Source: Octopus sinensis | Lineage: Eukaryota | Assembly: GCF_006345805.1 (NCBI RefSeq) | Contig: NC_043012.1 | Location: forward strand, 34,658,001 to 34,722,000 | DNA: 64,000 nucleotides | Direction: 5' to 3' | Notes under the pieces: generated by a model | Told to the model about the DNA's origin: nothing | What the model saw: the letters and a program-made list of their open reading frames with translations, nothing else | The model's database searches: none | Shown: positions 12,187 through 25,080 of the stretch, in pieces | How positions within the stretch are numbered: the stretch's first letter is position 1 | Layout: every line of letters begins with the position of its first letter | Made by a program: the position numbers and the translations under genes

Positions 12187-12204
12187 TGAGTGTGTGTATG
12201 CGTG

Positions 12205-12238
<34 letters not shown>

Positions 12239-13831
12239 CGTGCGTGCATCCGTATGTGAGTGTGAATGTGTGAGTGTATCTCTCTCTCTCTATATATATG
12301 TGTGTATGTCTATATCTCTATATGTACGCGCGCGCGCATGCACACACACGCACACACACACATATATATCTGATGCAGTATGAAATAGTGTACTAAACAG
12401 GGATTCATAATACAAATTACATGGTATTAGTCATTTCTAACTTCTTACTTAAATCCATACATACATACATACATACATACATACATACATACATACATAC
12501 ATACATACGTACATACATACATACATACGTACATACATGCATGCTTACATACATACATACATACATGCTTACATACTTACATACATGCATGCTTACATAC
12601 ATACATACATACGTACGTACGTACATACATACATACACACATGCATACATGCATGCTTACATACGTACATACATACATACATACATGGTTGTGTACCATT
12701 TGAAATATATAACATATATACGACGGCATGAACTATATATGTTATATAATTAATATATTATGAATATAAATACAGAAATATACAAGTACCATATGTTAGG
12801 TGTTTATAAATAGTTTCCATATGCAATTACAAACTCATTTGCATAATCGCATATGGAATTGATTGAGAAATGCCGTCGCTCCAACATCCTGGTGAGTCCG
12901 AGAAAATATTTGAATTGCCAAGATATGACTTCTTCGAAGCGTTTTACAGACAATGCAAAGCGTATCTAAGCAGCAAATTATCACCTGAGAATGTGGCTAA
13001 AAGAAAGTTAAAATGCAAGAAGATATGTAGAATAAAGTCGAACAAAAATTTCGAGGGTAAAATTCCTTTTTCGAGGACAATATTTCGTGAATGACATTTC
13101 AGTGAAATTTACGTCTGTAAAGTTTTAACGCTTCATTGCGAAAAAGTGTGTTCGTAAGAGTTGGGAATGCATGACCAAAAGCAGCACTAATAAAAATTTC
13201 ACTCTCTACTAAACACCCAAAAGATAGAACCAGATGTGTTTGGATGTTCGAATTTCGCTACTATACACACATTGTCCTTTATTTTTTCTTTTTCTTTGTA
13301 GTTTCTGAAAATTTAGGAAAACGGAAACTAGGTCAAATAGAAGTCAGTCTGTTAATAAACTGGATATGGCGGTGAATTGGCTGAATCGTAAGAATATCTG
13401 GCGTTCTGAGTTCAAATCCTAAAGAAACGAACGTTGCAATTCATTCGTTCAGGGCTGATAAAATTGCAGTAAAGTGCCATAGAATAAAGAGCTGTTTATT
13501 AATTAGTTAGAAGTACATAATTTTTTACTAAAAGAAAGCAATTAGTAAAAATCTACACTGTCTAGAAAATTCTTTAAAATTCCGTTTAAAATTATAAAAA
13601 AAATCAAACTATGGTTTAAAAACCCGTTTATTATTATCGATTTCAGCTAAAGTATTCAATCACAAAATCTTATTTCAACCAATTGCAACATACCGTTTTC
13701 TCATGTCTTTGTTTATATTCCGGCGTAGCCACAGAAGTGTTCCCCACCCCGCCGAATTTTTTCCTCATAAGTTTATGAAAAATGAAAATTTTTTTAATGA
13801 AATTTTCTGCAAATATGTTTCAGATGGTATA

Positions 13832-14250
13832 AGGCGGCGAGCTGGCAGAAACGTTAGCACACCGGGCGAAATGCGTAGCCGTATTTCGTCTACCGTTACG
13901 TTCTGGGTTCAAATTCCGCCGAGGTCGACTTTGCCTTTCATCCTTTCGGGGTCATTAAATTAAGTACCAGTTACGCACTGGGATCGTTGTAATTGACTTA
14001 ATCCGTTTGTCTGTCCTTATTTGTCCCCTCTGTGTTTAGCCCCTTGTGGGTAGTAAATAAATAGGCATTTCGTCTGTCTTTACGATCTGAGTTCAAATTT
14101 CGTGGTTGTCGACTTTGCCTTTCATCCTTTCGGGGGTCGATAAATTAAGTACCAGTTACGCACGGGTCGATGTAATCAACTTAACCCGTTTGTCTGTCCT
14201 TGTTTGTACCCTCTGTATTTAGCCCCTTGTGGGTAGTAAAGAAATATATA
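13832..14250 (+). mobile_element. SINE family B dimer
   Basis: Full monomer plus a second monomer starting at atttcgtctg; TSD tttcagatggtata at 13818-13831 and 14251-14264. Confidence 0.9.
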
Positions 14251-14529
14251 TTTCAGATGGTATAGATTACGACAATATCAGAATTGCTTGTGAACTTTCG
14301 GGTAATTCATACGCCTTGACTTCGTTTCCTCATAACTTTCAGGAAAATGGGTATTTTTTAATGAAATTTTCTACACATACCTTAAGATGGTGTAGAATAC
14401 GATTATATCGGAGTTTAATGTGAACAAGAAAATGGGCGGAGGTGGGGGTGGGCGGTATGACTCGCATCTCGACTTTGTTTCCTCATTAGTTTTGATGTCG
14501 TGGATTGCAATTATCTCCTTTTCCTTTTT

Positions 14530-14825
14530 ACCTTTTACTTGCTGCAGTCATTAGACTGCGGCCATGCCGAGGCACCGTTTTGAAGAATTTTTAGTCGAGC
14601 GAATCGATCCCAGGACTTATTTTTTTAAAGTCTGGTACTTATGTTGTCAAGCGGTGGTGGAGGACAAACATAGAGATAAACACACACACACGATGGGCTT
14701 CTTTCAGTTTCGGTCTACCAAAACCACTGACAAGGCTTTGGTTGGCCCGGGGCTATTGTAGAAGACACTTGGCCTGGGTTGGGAAGACATGTGGGTGGGA
14801 AGCAAACATCTTACTACACAGACAC
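14530..14825 (-). mobile_element. SINE family A, diverged and internally deleted
   Basis: cttttacttg...cagtcattagactgcggccatg tail; ctttcagtttcggtctacc...gtagaagacacttg body. Confidence 0.7.
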
Positions 14826-15989
14826 GTAAAAATACTTTTGAGGACTATTCCATCCTTTCCTAAAAATTATCTCGAAGAAATCTTTGTAGAAAGGTGAGCA
14901 CAATGCTAATACCAATTATTGAATATGTATTTCTTTCATGATCTTATCACAATCTTAATCTCTTTCTCTCTCTTGAACAAACCCTGAGGAAGCCCATCAA
15001 CTACGCGGTCGATTAGTATGTTAGAAGTAGCGAGTATCATTTAGGTCTCAAAAATAACTTCTTTTTCATCCTAATTGTAATGTATATCATCTGAAAGTAT
15101 GAAGACACAATTTTGACGTGAGTAAAATATCTGCTCCCCACCCTTACCCCCCAATTTTTTTCACCTTGAATTCCGTTAAAATCGTAACCTGCACCACCTG
15201 AAAGTTATTTGTAGAAAATTTCACCAAAAAGTACCCATTTTAAAAAAAATTACGAGGAAGCAAAGTCGTGGCGTGTGAACTGTCCAAAGTCCCTCCCCAC
15301 TCCCGATAGAATATATTCCGATATAATCGCAAAGTACGCCATCAGAAATATATTTGGAGGAAATTTTATTTTAAGATATCCATTCTTCAAGTTATGAGAA
15401 AACAAAGTCGGTTCGGAACATTTCTATAGTTATGCCTTTGTAATGAGTGAGTGAATACTATTAGCCGAATGGAGTTAAACCAGAGGGAAATTTGGATGTT
15501 ACTTAACAGAAAAATTACACAAATTGGGAACCAAATGTGTAAATGCAATCTTTCTTCCAGTGACTATAGTAAATTAACCACTGAATGTAGAACGGTGGAC
15601 AACAAAATCAAATATTGTAAGTGTTCTGTTTCATGCGTGTTTCACCGATCTGCAGTGCAGAAATGATTTACCCTACAATCGTTGCATAAAAGTGAAGTTT
15701 TACAGCAATTCAGTGCAATCAAAGACAATATTCACGACATCAGTTTTAAAGGGAAAGAAATGTGGAGAAGAACATTATAGAGAGCGAGAATAAGAATATA
15801 GGACATCTAATTGTAGGGCAGGCCTTATTTAATATAAGTGCCTGAAATCAGCATCTAACTATATTCACCAATGTAAAGCTGGTAATAAGTCCAGATGAGG
15901 TGTGAAACGTTGGGCCAATTATAAACTGATAATTAAATTAAATATTATAGTAATAAATGCTAAATACATATAATGCAAGTATGGTTACC

Positions 15990-16220
15990 TATTTCTTTAC
16001 TACCCACATGGGGCTAAACACAGAGAGGACAAACAAGGACAGACAAACGGATTAAGTAAATTACATCGACCCCAGTACGTAACTGGTACTTAATTTATTG
16101 ACCCCGAAAGGATGAAAGGCAAAGTCGACCTCGGCGGAATTTGAACTCAGAACGTAACGGCCGACGAAATATGGCAACGCATTTCGCCCGGCGTGCTAAC
16201 GATTCTGCCAGCTCGCCGCC
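15990..16220 (-). mobile_element. SINE family B, full length
   Basis: TSD aatgcaagtatggttacc at 15972-15989 and 16223-16240. Confidence 0.9.
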
Positions 16221-16374
16221 CGAATGCAAGTATGGTTACCGGTGTATATGTACATGTGTGTGTGTGTGTGTGTCTGTGTGTGTAAGAGAGGGCAAAAGAA
16301 TTAGAACCATTTATGAAAAGTTAATTCTTTACTTAAGGATCTTTTGCTTGCTTCCCTAACAAACCGAAATTTAC

Positions 16375-16504
16375 CTGAAAATCACAAACCCATGGCCCAT
16401 CAGTACTCTCATCCTGCACGGGCCCGATTGTTGATTGGAAGACAATGAAGAAGGGACATTGACAGAAATCTGGATTGAAGGCCTTGATGTATTGAATTTC
16501 GTTG
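16375..16504 (-). other. Candidate exon of an unidentified gene
   Basis: tattcAG|...130 nt...cag|GTaaat; two frames open; non-repetitive; no recognisable domain. Confidence 0.25.
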
Positions 16505-16647
16505 CTGAATACAATTTCTACAGAGGTAGACATTCCATTTTTATAAGGTTGATGAAATGTATATCAGTCATGTATTGGTCTCAGATAATAGACTTTACTT
16601 TTCTCCCTCGATAAATGGGTGATGTGCTGAAAATAGTGTCGAACTAA

Positions 16648-16842
16648 GGCAGCGAGCTGACAGAATCGTTTCCATGCCAGGCAAAATGCTTAGAGGCATT
16701 TCGTTGGTCCTTACGTTCTGAGTTCAAAATACCGCCAAGTTTGACTTTGCATTTCATCCTTCGGGGTCGATAAAATAAGTACCGGTGTAATCGACTTAGC
16801 TCCTCCTCTGAAATTGCTGGCCTTTTGCCAAAATTTGAGACC
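16648..16842 (+). mobile_element. Diverged SINE B-related copy
   Basis: ggcagcgagctgacagaatcg...gagttcaaa...tttcatccttcggggtcgataaaataagtacc. Confidence 0.7.
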
Positions 16843-17103
16843 TATATAGTATCGAACTAAATGCTCAAAAATATTTAAATAGAATATTTTGCTTCGAGTT
16901 CTGACTTTGTTGCGGTTGACTTTGTCTTTCATAAATTGGGAGTTGTTATGTTGCGGTCTGAATTACTGGAAATCGAGAGAATGTAAGAATTTTGTAGCTT
17001 ACTGCACGAACAATAAAACTTATGTCTTGGGTGCGATAAGGGTGGATTTCTATTTATTTCTATTTCATTCGGCTGTTTATCATTACTTATAAACAATATC
17101 ACG

Positions 17104-17310
17104 TGGAGGCACATGGCTTAGTGGTTAGAGCAGCGGACTCGCGAATCTCAGACCAGGTAATCTGTGTGTTTATGAGCGAAACACCTAAGTTCCACGCGGC
17201 TCCAGCAGAAGGTAATGGCGAACTTCTGCTGACTCTTTTAATATAAATGGCGGTGCCCCAGCATGGCCACAGCTTCTGAGCTGAAACTAGATGAAATGAA
17301 ATGAAATATC
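17104..17310 (+). mobile_element. SINE family C, internally deleted
   Basis: tggcttagtggttagagc A box; tail ggcggtgccccagcatggccacagcttctgagctgaaac plus (atgaa)n. Confidence 0.7.
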
Positions 17311-17583
17311 AGTTATGCACTGGAATATAAATTCAATCGAATTCATTCTCCCCCCCCCCCAGCCTCCAACAGATTTGTAGTTCAAATGAATGCAATGCCA
17401 TTATTGTTTAGTTCCTAATCAAATTTAATCGAAATACTGTTCAGAAATATTCTAACCGTGACCATCTCATTTTTCTGGCAGACTACATTATCCAATATAC
17501 CCTTCCATTTTTAAAGACGAAGAGTATGGTTTGTGAGAAATATGGCAGTTATTTCTTGTAAATCGAACGACTTCGTAGACCAA

Positions 17584-17645
17584 TGTAACGGTTAGCACTC
17601 TGGACTCTGAATCCAGCGATCCGAGTTCATGTCTCGGTAGATTCT
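17584..17645 (+). pseudogene. tRNA-Gln(CTG) pseudogene lacking the 5' acceptor strand
   Basis: tgtaacggttagcactctggactCTGaatccagcgatccgagttcatgtctcgg closely matches metazoan tRNA-Gln; anticodon 17607-17609; the acceptor stem cannot pair. Confidence 0.85.
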
Positions 17646-17652
17646 GATTTAG

Positions 17653-17710
<58 letters not shown>

Positions 17711-17712
<2 letters not shown>

Positions 17713-18108
17713 CGCAGGAGTGGCTGTGTGGTAAGTAGCTTGCTTACCAACCACATGGTTCCGGGTTCAGTCCCACTGCGTGTCTTCTGCTATAGCCCCG
17801 GGCCGACCAATGCCTTGTGAGTGGATTTGGTAGACGGAAACTGAAAGAAGCCTGTCGTATATATGTGTATATATATATATGTGTGTGTATGTGTGTGTAT
17901 ATGTTTGTGTGTCTGTGCTTGACCCCCTAGCATTGCTTGACAACCGATGCTGGTGTGTTTACGTCCCTGTCACTTAGCGGTTCGGCAAAAAGAGACCGAT
18001 AGAATAAGTACTGGGCTTACAAAGAATAAGTCCCGGGGTCGATTTGCTCGACTAAAGGCGGTGCTCCAGCATGGCCACAGTCAAATGACTGAAACAAGTA
18101 AAAGAGTA
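17711..18108 (+). mobile_element. SINE family A, near full length
   Basis: Head, internal TA/TG microsatellite, tail ggcggtgctccagcatggccacagtcaaatgactgaaacaagtaaaagag. Confidence 0.9.
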
Positions 18109-18780
18109 TATTGTTTATCCCTTTATCAATGATCGTTTTTGTTCCTTATATTGCCTACATTATCTCCCCCCCTCTCTCTCTCTCTCTCTCTCTCCCCTCT
18201 CTCTCTATCTTGCATATCACGATCCTTTCTGTTGCTATAGAGACTGCCATTTGTCATAGCAGCTGTCACCACCTGTCGTCACCTGTTTAGCCCTATACCC
18301 TCCACACACAACTGATAGCCGCATTCTTGCCGTATTTAAGGGATTACATTGGGCAGGATGTAAGACAACTCATGAGCTGAGGTAACGCAAAGCGACAAAG
18401 AGAGACAGAGAGAGAGGAAGAGAAAGGGGGAGTGTGTTTGTTGAGATGGGATTAGAAAAGGAGAGAGAAATAGAATGGGTGGTAGGAAGAGGAAAGAATA
18501 GAGAGGTGGAAAAGGAGAAGTAGAAAGGGTTGGGAGTTGGGTAGAGAATGTTTGTTAAAACGAAACGAAAGAAATAAGTATTTAAAGAGGAAAAGCGGAG
18601 GAGAATGAGGGGAGGGAAGAGAACGGGAAAGAAGAATGAGGAGAAAAAGAAGGGATAAACGAAAATAGAAAGAGAGAATGAAAAGTATTAGAGAAAAAAA
18701 AACAAAATGGACGAGTAGAAGGAAATAGTGAAGGAAATAGTAAATTGAGTCAAACTGGAAGGAAAACGAGATGAATGTTA

Positions 18781-18832
<52 letters not shown>

Positions 18833-18942
18833 GGGTTGGAGAGATAGGAGGTGGGTAGATAAATAAAAATTTTGGATATATATATATATCTATATATATA
18901 TATATATATATTATATAATTATATATATATATATATATATAC

Positions 18943-19005
18943 GGCGGTGCCCCAGCATGGCCACAGCTCATGAGCTGAAACTAGATAAAATAAAATAAAA
19001 TAAAA
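18943..19005 (+). mobile_element. Isolated retroposon 3' tail (family C type)
   Basis: ggcggtgccccagcatggccacagctcatgagctgaaactaga plus (taaaa)n; identical core at 59525. Confidence 0.7.
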
Positions 19006-19066
19006 AATTATATATTTATGTTCACTGCTTTTATTTTCTGCCTTTATTTCGTCTCCAAAATTTATA

Positions 19067-19102
<36 letters not shown>

Positions 19103-19171
19103 TGTATGTATGTATGTATGTATGTATGTATGTATGTATGTATATAATTAAGAGAAATCTGTATATATAAA

Positions 19172-19480
19172 AGCCTTGTGAGTGGATTTGGTAGACGGAA
19201 ACTGAAAGAAGCCTGTCGTATATATGTATATATATATATGCATATATATATATGTATATATATATATGCGTGTGTGTGTCTGTGTTTGTCCCCCTAGCAT
19301 TGCTTGACAACCGATGCTGGTGTGTTTACGTCCCCGTTACTTAGCGGTTCGGCAAAAGAGATCGATAGAATAAGTACTGGGCTTACAAAAGATAAGTCCC
19401 GGGGTCGATTTGCTCGACTAAAGGCGGTGCTCCAGCATGGCCGCAGTCAAATGACTGAAACAGTAAAAGAGTAAAAGAGT
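19172..19480 (+). mobile_element. SINE family A, 5'-truncated
   Basis: Nearly identical to 17812-18108. Confidence 0.85.
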
Positions 19481-19481
19481 A

Positions 19482-19514
<33 letters not shown>

Positions 19515-19558
19515 ATATATATAATATATATTATATATACATATACATATACATATAT

Positions 19559-19733
19559 CGTGAAGTATATTGGGCACCTAAATGTGGCTGACCCATATGG
19601 GACGGTGCTACTATAGTTTATAGCCCCAGGAAGACATCTCCTCCAGCTGGAGGAGACGTCTTCCTGGGGCTATAACTGTAGTAGCATCGTCCCATATGGG
19701 TCAGCCACATTTAGGTGCCAAACATACCTCACG
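19559..19733. mobile_element. 175-bp near-perfect palindrome (hairpin MITE-like)
   Basis: Arms pair to the centre ccag|ctgg at 19646/19647 with no spacer. Confidence 0.85.
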
Positions 19734-19778
19734 GTGCCATGCTGCTATTGCTTAATTCTCGCTCATAGATACATTATT

Positions 19779-19812
<34 letters not shown>

Positions 19813-19818
19813 CACACA

Positions 19819-20570
19819 CAGGGGTTGGACAAAATAATAGAAACACCTAGCATCATAGCATCATCATTTTGAAATATCTATAAAACCGTCAAAAGCTTGT
19901 TTATATTTACGTTTTTTGATTTATTGTTTGTGTTGCTTAATATGTTTTGCTAAGATTGCTGTTTCTTTTCAGATATCATCAGAAAAAGGTAATTAAAATT
20001 TATTAAAAAGGTCAAATTGTTGGTGCTCGTATGGCAGGCGCTAGCGTAACGAAAACTGCCAAAATGTTTGGTGTATCAGGAAGTACTATCTCGAAAGTAA
20101 TCACAGCCTTTGAGAAAGAGGGAAATCCTCCTCGTCGAAACAAAACTCCGGAAGAAAACCAAGACTTTCAGTAGGGCCCGTCGGACTCTTAAGCGGATTG
20201 TTAGAAAGGATCACAAAAGTACAGCTCCCCAAATTACTGCAGAGTTTAATGACCACCTCAAGAACCCAGTTTCCATAAAAACTGTTCGCCGGGAGCTGCA
20301 CAAAGCCGGATTTCACGGGAGGGCTGCAATCAGAAAACCACTGCTTTCGAAAACAAACGTTGCAATGCGTTAGAGTGAAATAAAAAACCTACAGAATTGG
20401 TCCCTAGAGCAGTGGAAGAATGTTATTTCTGACCGCCGGCCGAGTATACGTGTGGAGACAGGCAGAAGAAGCATTTGACCCAGACTGCCTTCTTCCAACT
20501 GTGAAACATGGAAGAGGATCTGTGATAATCGGGGTGGGGGTGGGGCTATTTCTTGGCCGTTATCGACGAA
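19819..20570 (+). mobile_element. Tc1-like transposon, left TIR plus decayed transposase N-terminal half
   Basis: caggggttggacaaaataatagaaacacc TIR; KGQIVGARMAGASVTKTAKMFGVS, TVRRELHKAGFHGRAAIRKPLLS, WKNVI, PTVKHG; stops and frameshifts. Confidence 0.85.
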
Positions 20571-20938
20571 GACCACGAGTGTGTGTCTTCTAAATGTTAG
20601 CATCACATAATCCAAAGTGCATCCAACCGATGCTTGTTTGTTTACCTTTTCGTAACGTTACGGTTTGGTAAAAGAAATCAATAGAACAAGTACCAGGCTG
20701 AAGAAGAATAAATAAGCTCTGGTGTCGATCTGATCGATTAAACCTTTCAAGGCGGTGCCCCAGCATGGCCGCAGCCCAGTGGAAGAGACAACATAAAAAA
20801 GCGCCCAAAAGGATGGAAAAACAGGAAACTTTAGTCAAAATTTAAAGAGCTGAAAGTCAGCGTGGGTAAAATTGGAAATATTAAGGGAAGACGATTAACA
20901 GATAACATCGACCCAAGTACTTGAGTGGTACTTTATTT

Positions 20939-21215
20939 GGTTAATCTCAAGTTGAAGACCCGGTCGCAAAAATGAAAACAAAAATAGTGTAATAGGTGTA
21001 AAACAATGTGTAGTAGGCGTATATAAAAGAAAAGAATGCGCGCTGACGAACGGGGCGTGGAGAGGACTGGGAAAATTCACATCGGGGATGTTTCGAGTCC
21101 TCTTCCCGCTCGGCGCAACTTTTTTTTTTCATATTGGTTTACTACACATTGTTTTACACTTATTACAGTATTTGTTTTTCATTTTTGTGACCGGGTCTTA
21201 AACTAGAGATTAACC
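20939..21215. mobile_element. MITE with about 100-bp TIRs and 8-bp TSD (Merlin-like), inserted in a SINE B remnant
   Basis: ctttattt|ggttaatctc...gagattaacc|ctttattt; GG/CC termini. Confidence 0.85.
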
Positions 21216-22333
21216 CTTTATTTTATCGACTCCAAAACAATGAAAAGTAAATGTGACGTCTACAGTATTTGACCGGAGAGGCTTAAAGAAGCGAACCATG
21301 TGCCGCTAAACATTTTCATCCGACGCATAACGAATCTCCCAGTTCGCTCCCTTACAAAACAGTAACTCAATATCAAGTACCACATAACAGTCGTAGTTTG
21401 GCAATTCGTTACCGTGGATTGTTTCACTGTGGTTTTTAAAAGCCATGCGCCATTATATTGGCAAATTATTTGCAAAACTATGGCGATGTTCAAACTCATA
21501 ACCACGTTATAAAACCATTTAATTTAATGTTTCATTTCTAAGGTTAAGTGTCCCTAAATTAGTTTCATGAGTCTTTATGTGTCTTATCCTGTGGAGTTTT
21601 TAAGTGTTCTTACTGAGAATCAATTAAAAAGTACGATGTATATACCTTCCTACATTAATTTTATGAATACAGGCGAGTATGCAGACAGGCATAGACCCAT
21701 ATACACGAGCACACATCCGCACATACACATATATACACTCACTCACTCTGTCTGTCTGTCTGTCTCTCACTGTGTGGCCATTATGCAAAACGAGGAGATC
21801 AATAACAGCCCCCACCAACCCCATGGCTCACATTTCTTTGCTGTCTTTGATGAGTAGGCGGGGGCAGGTTTTGAAGCGTAAAGAAAATAATTCCCTATAA
21901 TGAATTCTTCTTCTTCTTCTGTTGAGGAATGAATCCTCATGACTGTAGTGTTAGAAACATCCGCAAATGCAACACCATTCTTAAAACAAGATTTGAAATT
22001 GCTTGTCGTAATCTAGTCATTAGTTCTATCTGTCTGACTGAGCGTCTGCCTTGCTGGCAATCTGGTGATTTCTTCGACTTGAAAATTGCTAAATTTTTGG
22101 TTGAAAATTTATTTTTACTGCTATTCACTGGTGCCTCTGGGGAAAATAAGTTGACGAAAATACAGCTAGGGTCATGACGAATATCCTCCTAAAACTGGAG
22201 CGACAAGCGTGCTAATTTGTGGACGTGCATAAATTACATTCACGTACACACACATCCTGCCTTTTATATATACAGATTTCTCTTAATTATATACATACAT
22301 ACATACATACATACACATACATACATACATACA

Positions 22334-22800
<467 letters not shown>

Positions 22801-22827
22801 CAAATTAATATCCAATTTTTATGTGTG

Positions 22828-22904
<77 letters not shown>

Positions 22905-23180
22905 AATTCGTATAAAATTGCATCAATGACTTGAACTTGAATAAGTGGTTTCACATAAATGGGAATAAATTAAAAATGTTTGTTGTTGTTATTATTACTG
23001 TTTGACTATTGTAATCACATTTGTAAATGTATTTCTATAGATATACGTGTATATGTAAACATGTATGTTTAGATGTATATATAGAGGTACATATAATATG
23101 TACACACATATATATTACACATATATACATGCATACATATATACACCCATACAGATACACACCCACCACACACACACACA

Positions 23181-23280
23181 GGTGCAGGTGTGGCTGTGTG
23201 GTAACAAACTTGGTTCCAAAACACTTGGTCCTCAGTTCAGTCCCACTGTGTGGTAACTTGGCATCTGTCTTCTTCTATAG
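23181..23280 (+). mobile_element. SINE family A 5' part
   Basis: ggtgcaggtgtggctgtgtggtaa...agttcagtcccactg...gtcttcttctatag. Confidence 0.7.
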
Positions 23281-23286
23281 CATCAT

Positions 23287-23529
23287 ACCAGCCCACAGTC
23301 GACGCTATGGCGACCAGAGCTCGCTCTGGGCGACATTGGGGCGACTGTACACAGCTACCAGCCCACAGTCGACGCTATGGCGACCAGAGCTCGCTCTGGG
23401 AGACATTGGGGCGACTGTACACATCTACCGACCCACAGTCGACGCTACGGCGATTAGAGCTCGCTCTGGACGATGTAGAGGCGACTGTACACAGCTACCG
23501 ACCCATAGTCAACGCTACGGCGACCGGAG
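23287..23529. repeat. 70-bp GC-rich tandem repeat (3.4 copies), each containing a 54-nt hairpin
   Basis: acagtcg...ccagagc-tc-gctctgg...cgactgt at 23295, 23365, 23435 and partial at 23505. Confidence 0.9.
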
Positions 23530-25080
23530 GAAACCCTTACTTCCAGCTAGACATCAGGCCACGACCATTTACACAACCAATGTGAATAGGCATTATTTAC
23601 ATATTTAATCCGGGTTTTCCTCTGGAGAGAGACTCTCCACCTATTCTTCACATGGGGTCGGAGGTGGCAAGTCTTGAAAAATGGATTGATTAATATCCAA
23701 TCTCATCATCGACACCGACTTTCTATACGCGCTAAGTAATACATTATGAGTCTTTTTATCCATTTCGTTGAACTCGTAGTTCTTATATTTATCAGAAGGT
23801 TCTGCAATCCTCGTGGCTGATCTTTTCGCTTTTATTTCCCTCATTAAGTCTTCATTTTTGGTTTGTCTCTTTTCGCAGTTTCTTTTTTTTTTTTTGTGGT
23901 CTTAGTTCGACCTGTTTTTGTTGATTTGAGCTTTCCATTTTTCTCTTGTTATTACTTGCTTTTTTTTCTTCTGTTTCTCTCCCTCCCCTCCTCCTCCACT
24001 TCCTCATCAGATTCTTTCTCACCGTCTCTACAGTGTTTTTTTTATATCGCCCAACTGGCCTCACTGGAAACATCGGGGCTTACGGCCCTCGACGAATTCG
24101 TTAGGGAATTCCTCCCCAATTTCTATTTTCTCCTGTAACTGTTCTAAAATTGACGGTTCTGCTTGTATTTGGAGGTGAATCGTTTGACCGGTCCAATAAG
24201 CCTTTTCTGTGATGGTAGCCTGAAGGAGTGTTATATTATCTTCTTTTTCGCCAGGACTGCCTCCATCAATCACATAGAGTTGACTTGAGGTGAGACCCTA
24301 GGTATACGTATCTTTGACGTCTTCATTTCCATGTATATTGGAATTAAAATAACGTCCTCCGTTTGTAAACATTTAACTGAGTGCATTTGAGCAGTTTCTA
24401 TATCTTTTAGTCGTACTTCGATAGTACCAAACTTCTTCCCTCTGGCTAGGTTTGTGATATCCTGCCAGATGGGTTTCAAGCACTTCTCTCTTCGCTCACC
24501 TGATCAACTTTTTTTTCCTTTTAGACAGTAAGATTTAAAATTAATTGTTTTTCTTTTTCCTAACATTAATAGTTCTTCCGGGGATTGAACTTTCACAACA
24601 CTGTCTTCAATTGTTATCATATCTTCGTACTTTATCAGGTCATTTTTGTTTGTCGACAACTGGCGGGTTCCACCTCCAGCCGCTGACGCAAAAATTCTTT
24701 TTTGTTTAATTTCTTCTGTTTGAAGGCTTTTCACGTCAATATTCCTCTTTTCAAAAGTACATACTGGGGAAATTCATTTTCAGAAGAATCCGAAATATCG
24801 CTAAATATTAAACTTCCGATCTTTTTTGCCTCCCTGTTGGTTGACGACTCTTCGCCAGACGAAGTTACACTTTTCGGCATCTTGCCAGCAATTAATGTCC
24901 CCCCCCCACTCCAACTTTCATTTCTCCTTAGCCCTCACGTCACACAGTTGTTAATGTTTATTTCAGTTGGGTCACGCCCTTCCAATTGCTATAGACTCGT
25001 AATGCATCTTACGGCCGTGCCTGTCACCTGCATGGTGAAGAATACTACATTGGGAGTGGTAACGTCTAGGGTAGGGTAGC
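23530..25080 (-). mobile_element. L1/Tx1-like LINE 5' part: decayed ORF1 plus the start of ORF2
   Basis: ORF1-like fragments (LARGKKFGTIEVRLKD..ILIPIYM..SKIRIPRV); ORF2 start at 23593 MPIHIGCVNGRGL resembles the APE endonuclease N-x-x-GL motif. Confidence 0.7.

Larger units (their letters stand above)
13721..15437. repeat. Two oppositely oriented copies of an unclassified repeat (about 13721-14490 and 15140-15437)
   Basis: ggcgtagccacagaagtgttcc...cctcataagttt matches the reverse complement of aagttatgagaaaac...ggaacatttctatagttatgcc; internal repeated aatgaaattttct blocks. Confidence 0.4.

Noticed and set aside
12790-13250. Possible DNA-transposon remnant
   Set aside because: No TIR pair or diagnostic motif could be confirmed.
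17574-17645. Functional tRNA-Gln gene
   Set aside because: The acceptor stem cannot form and the T loop is mutated; kept as a pseudogene.
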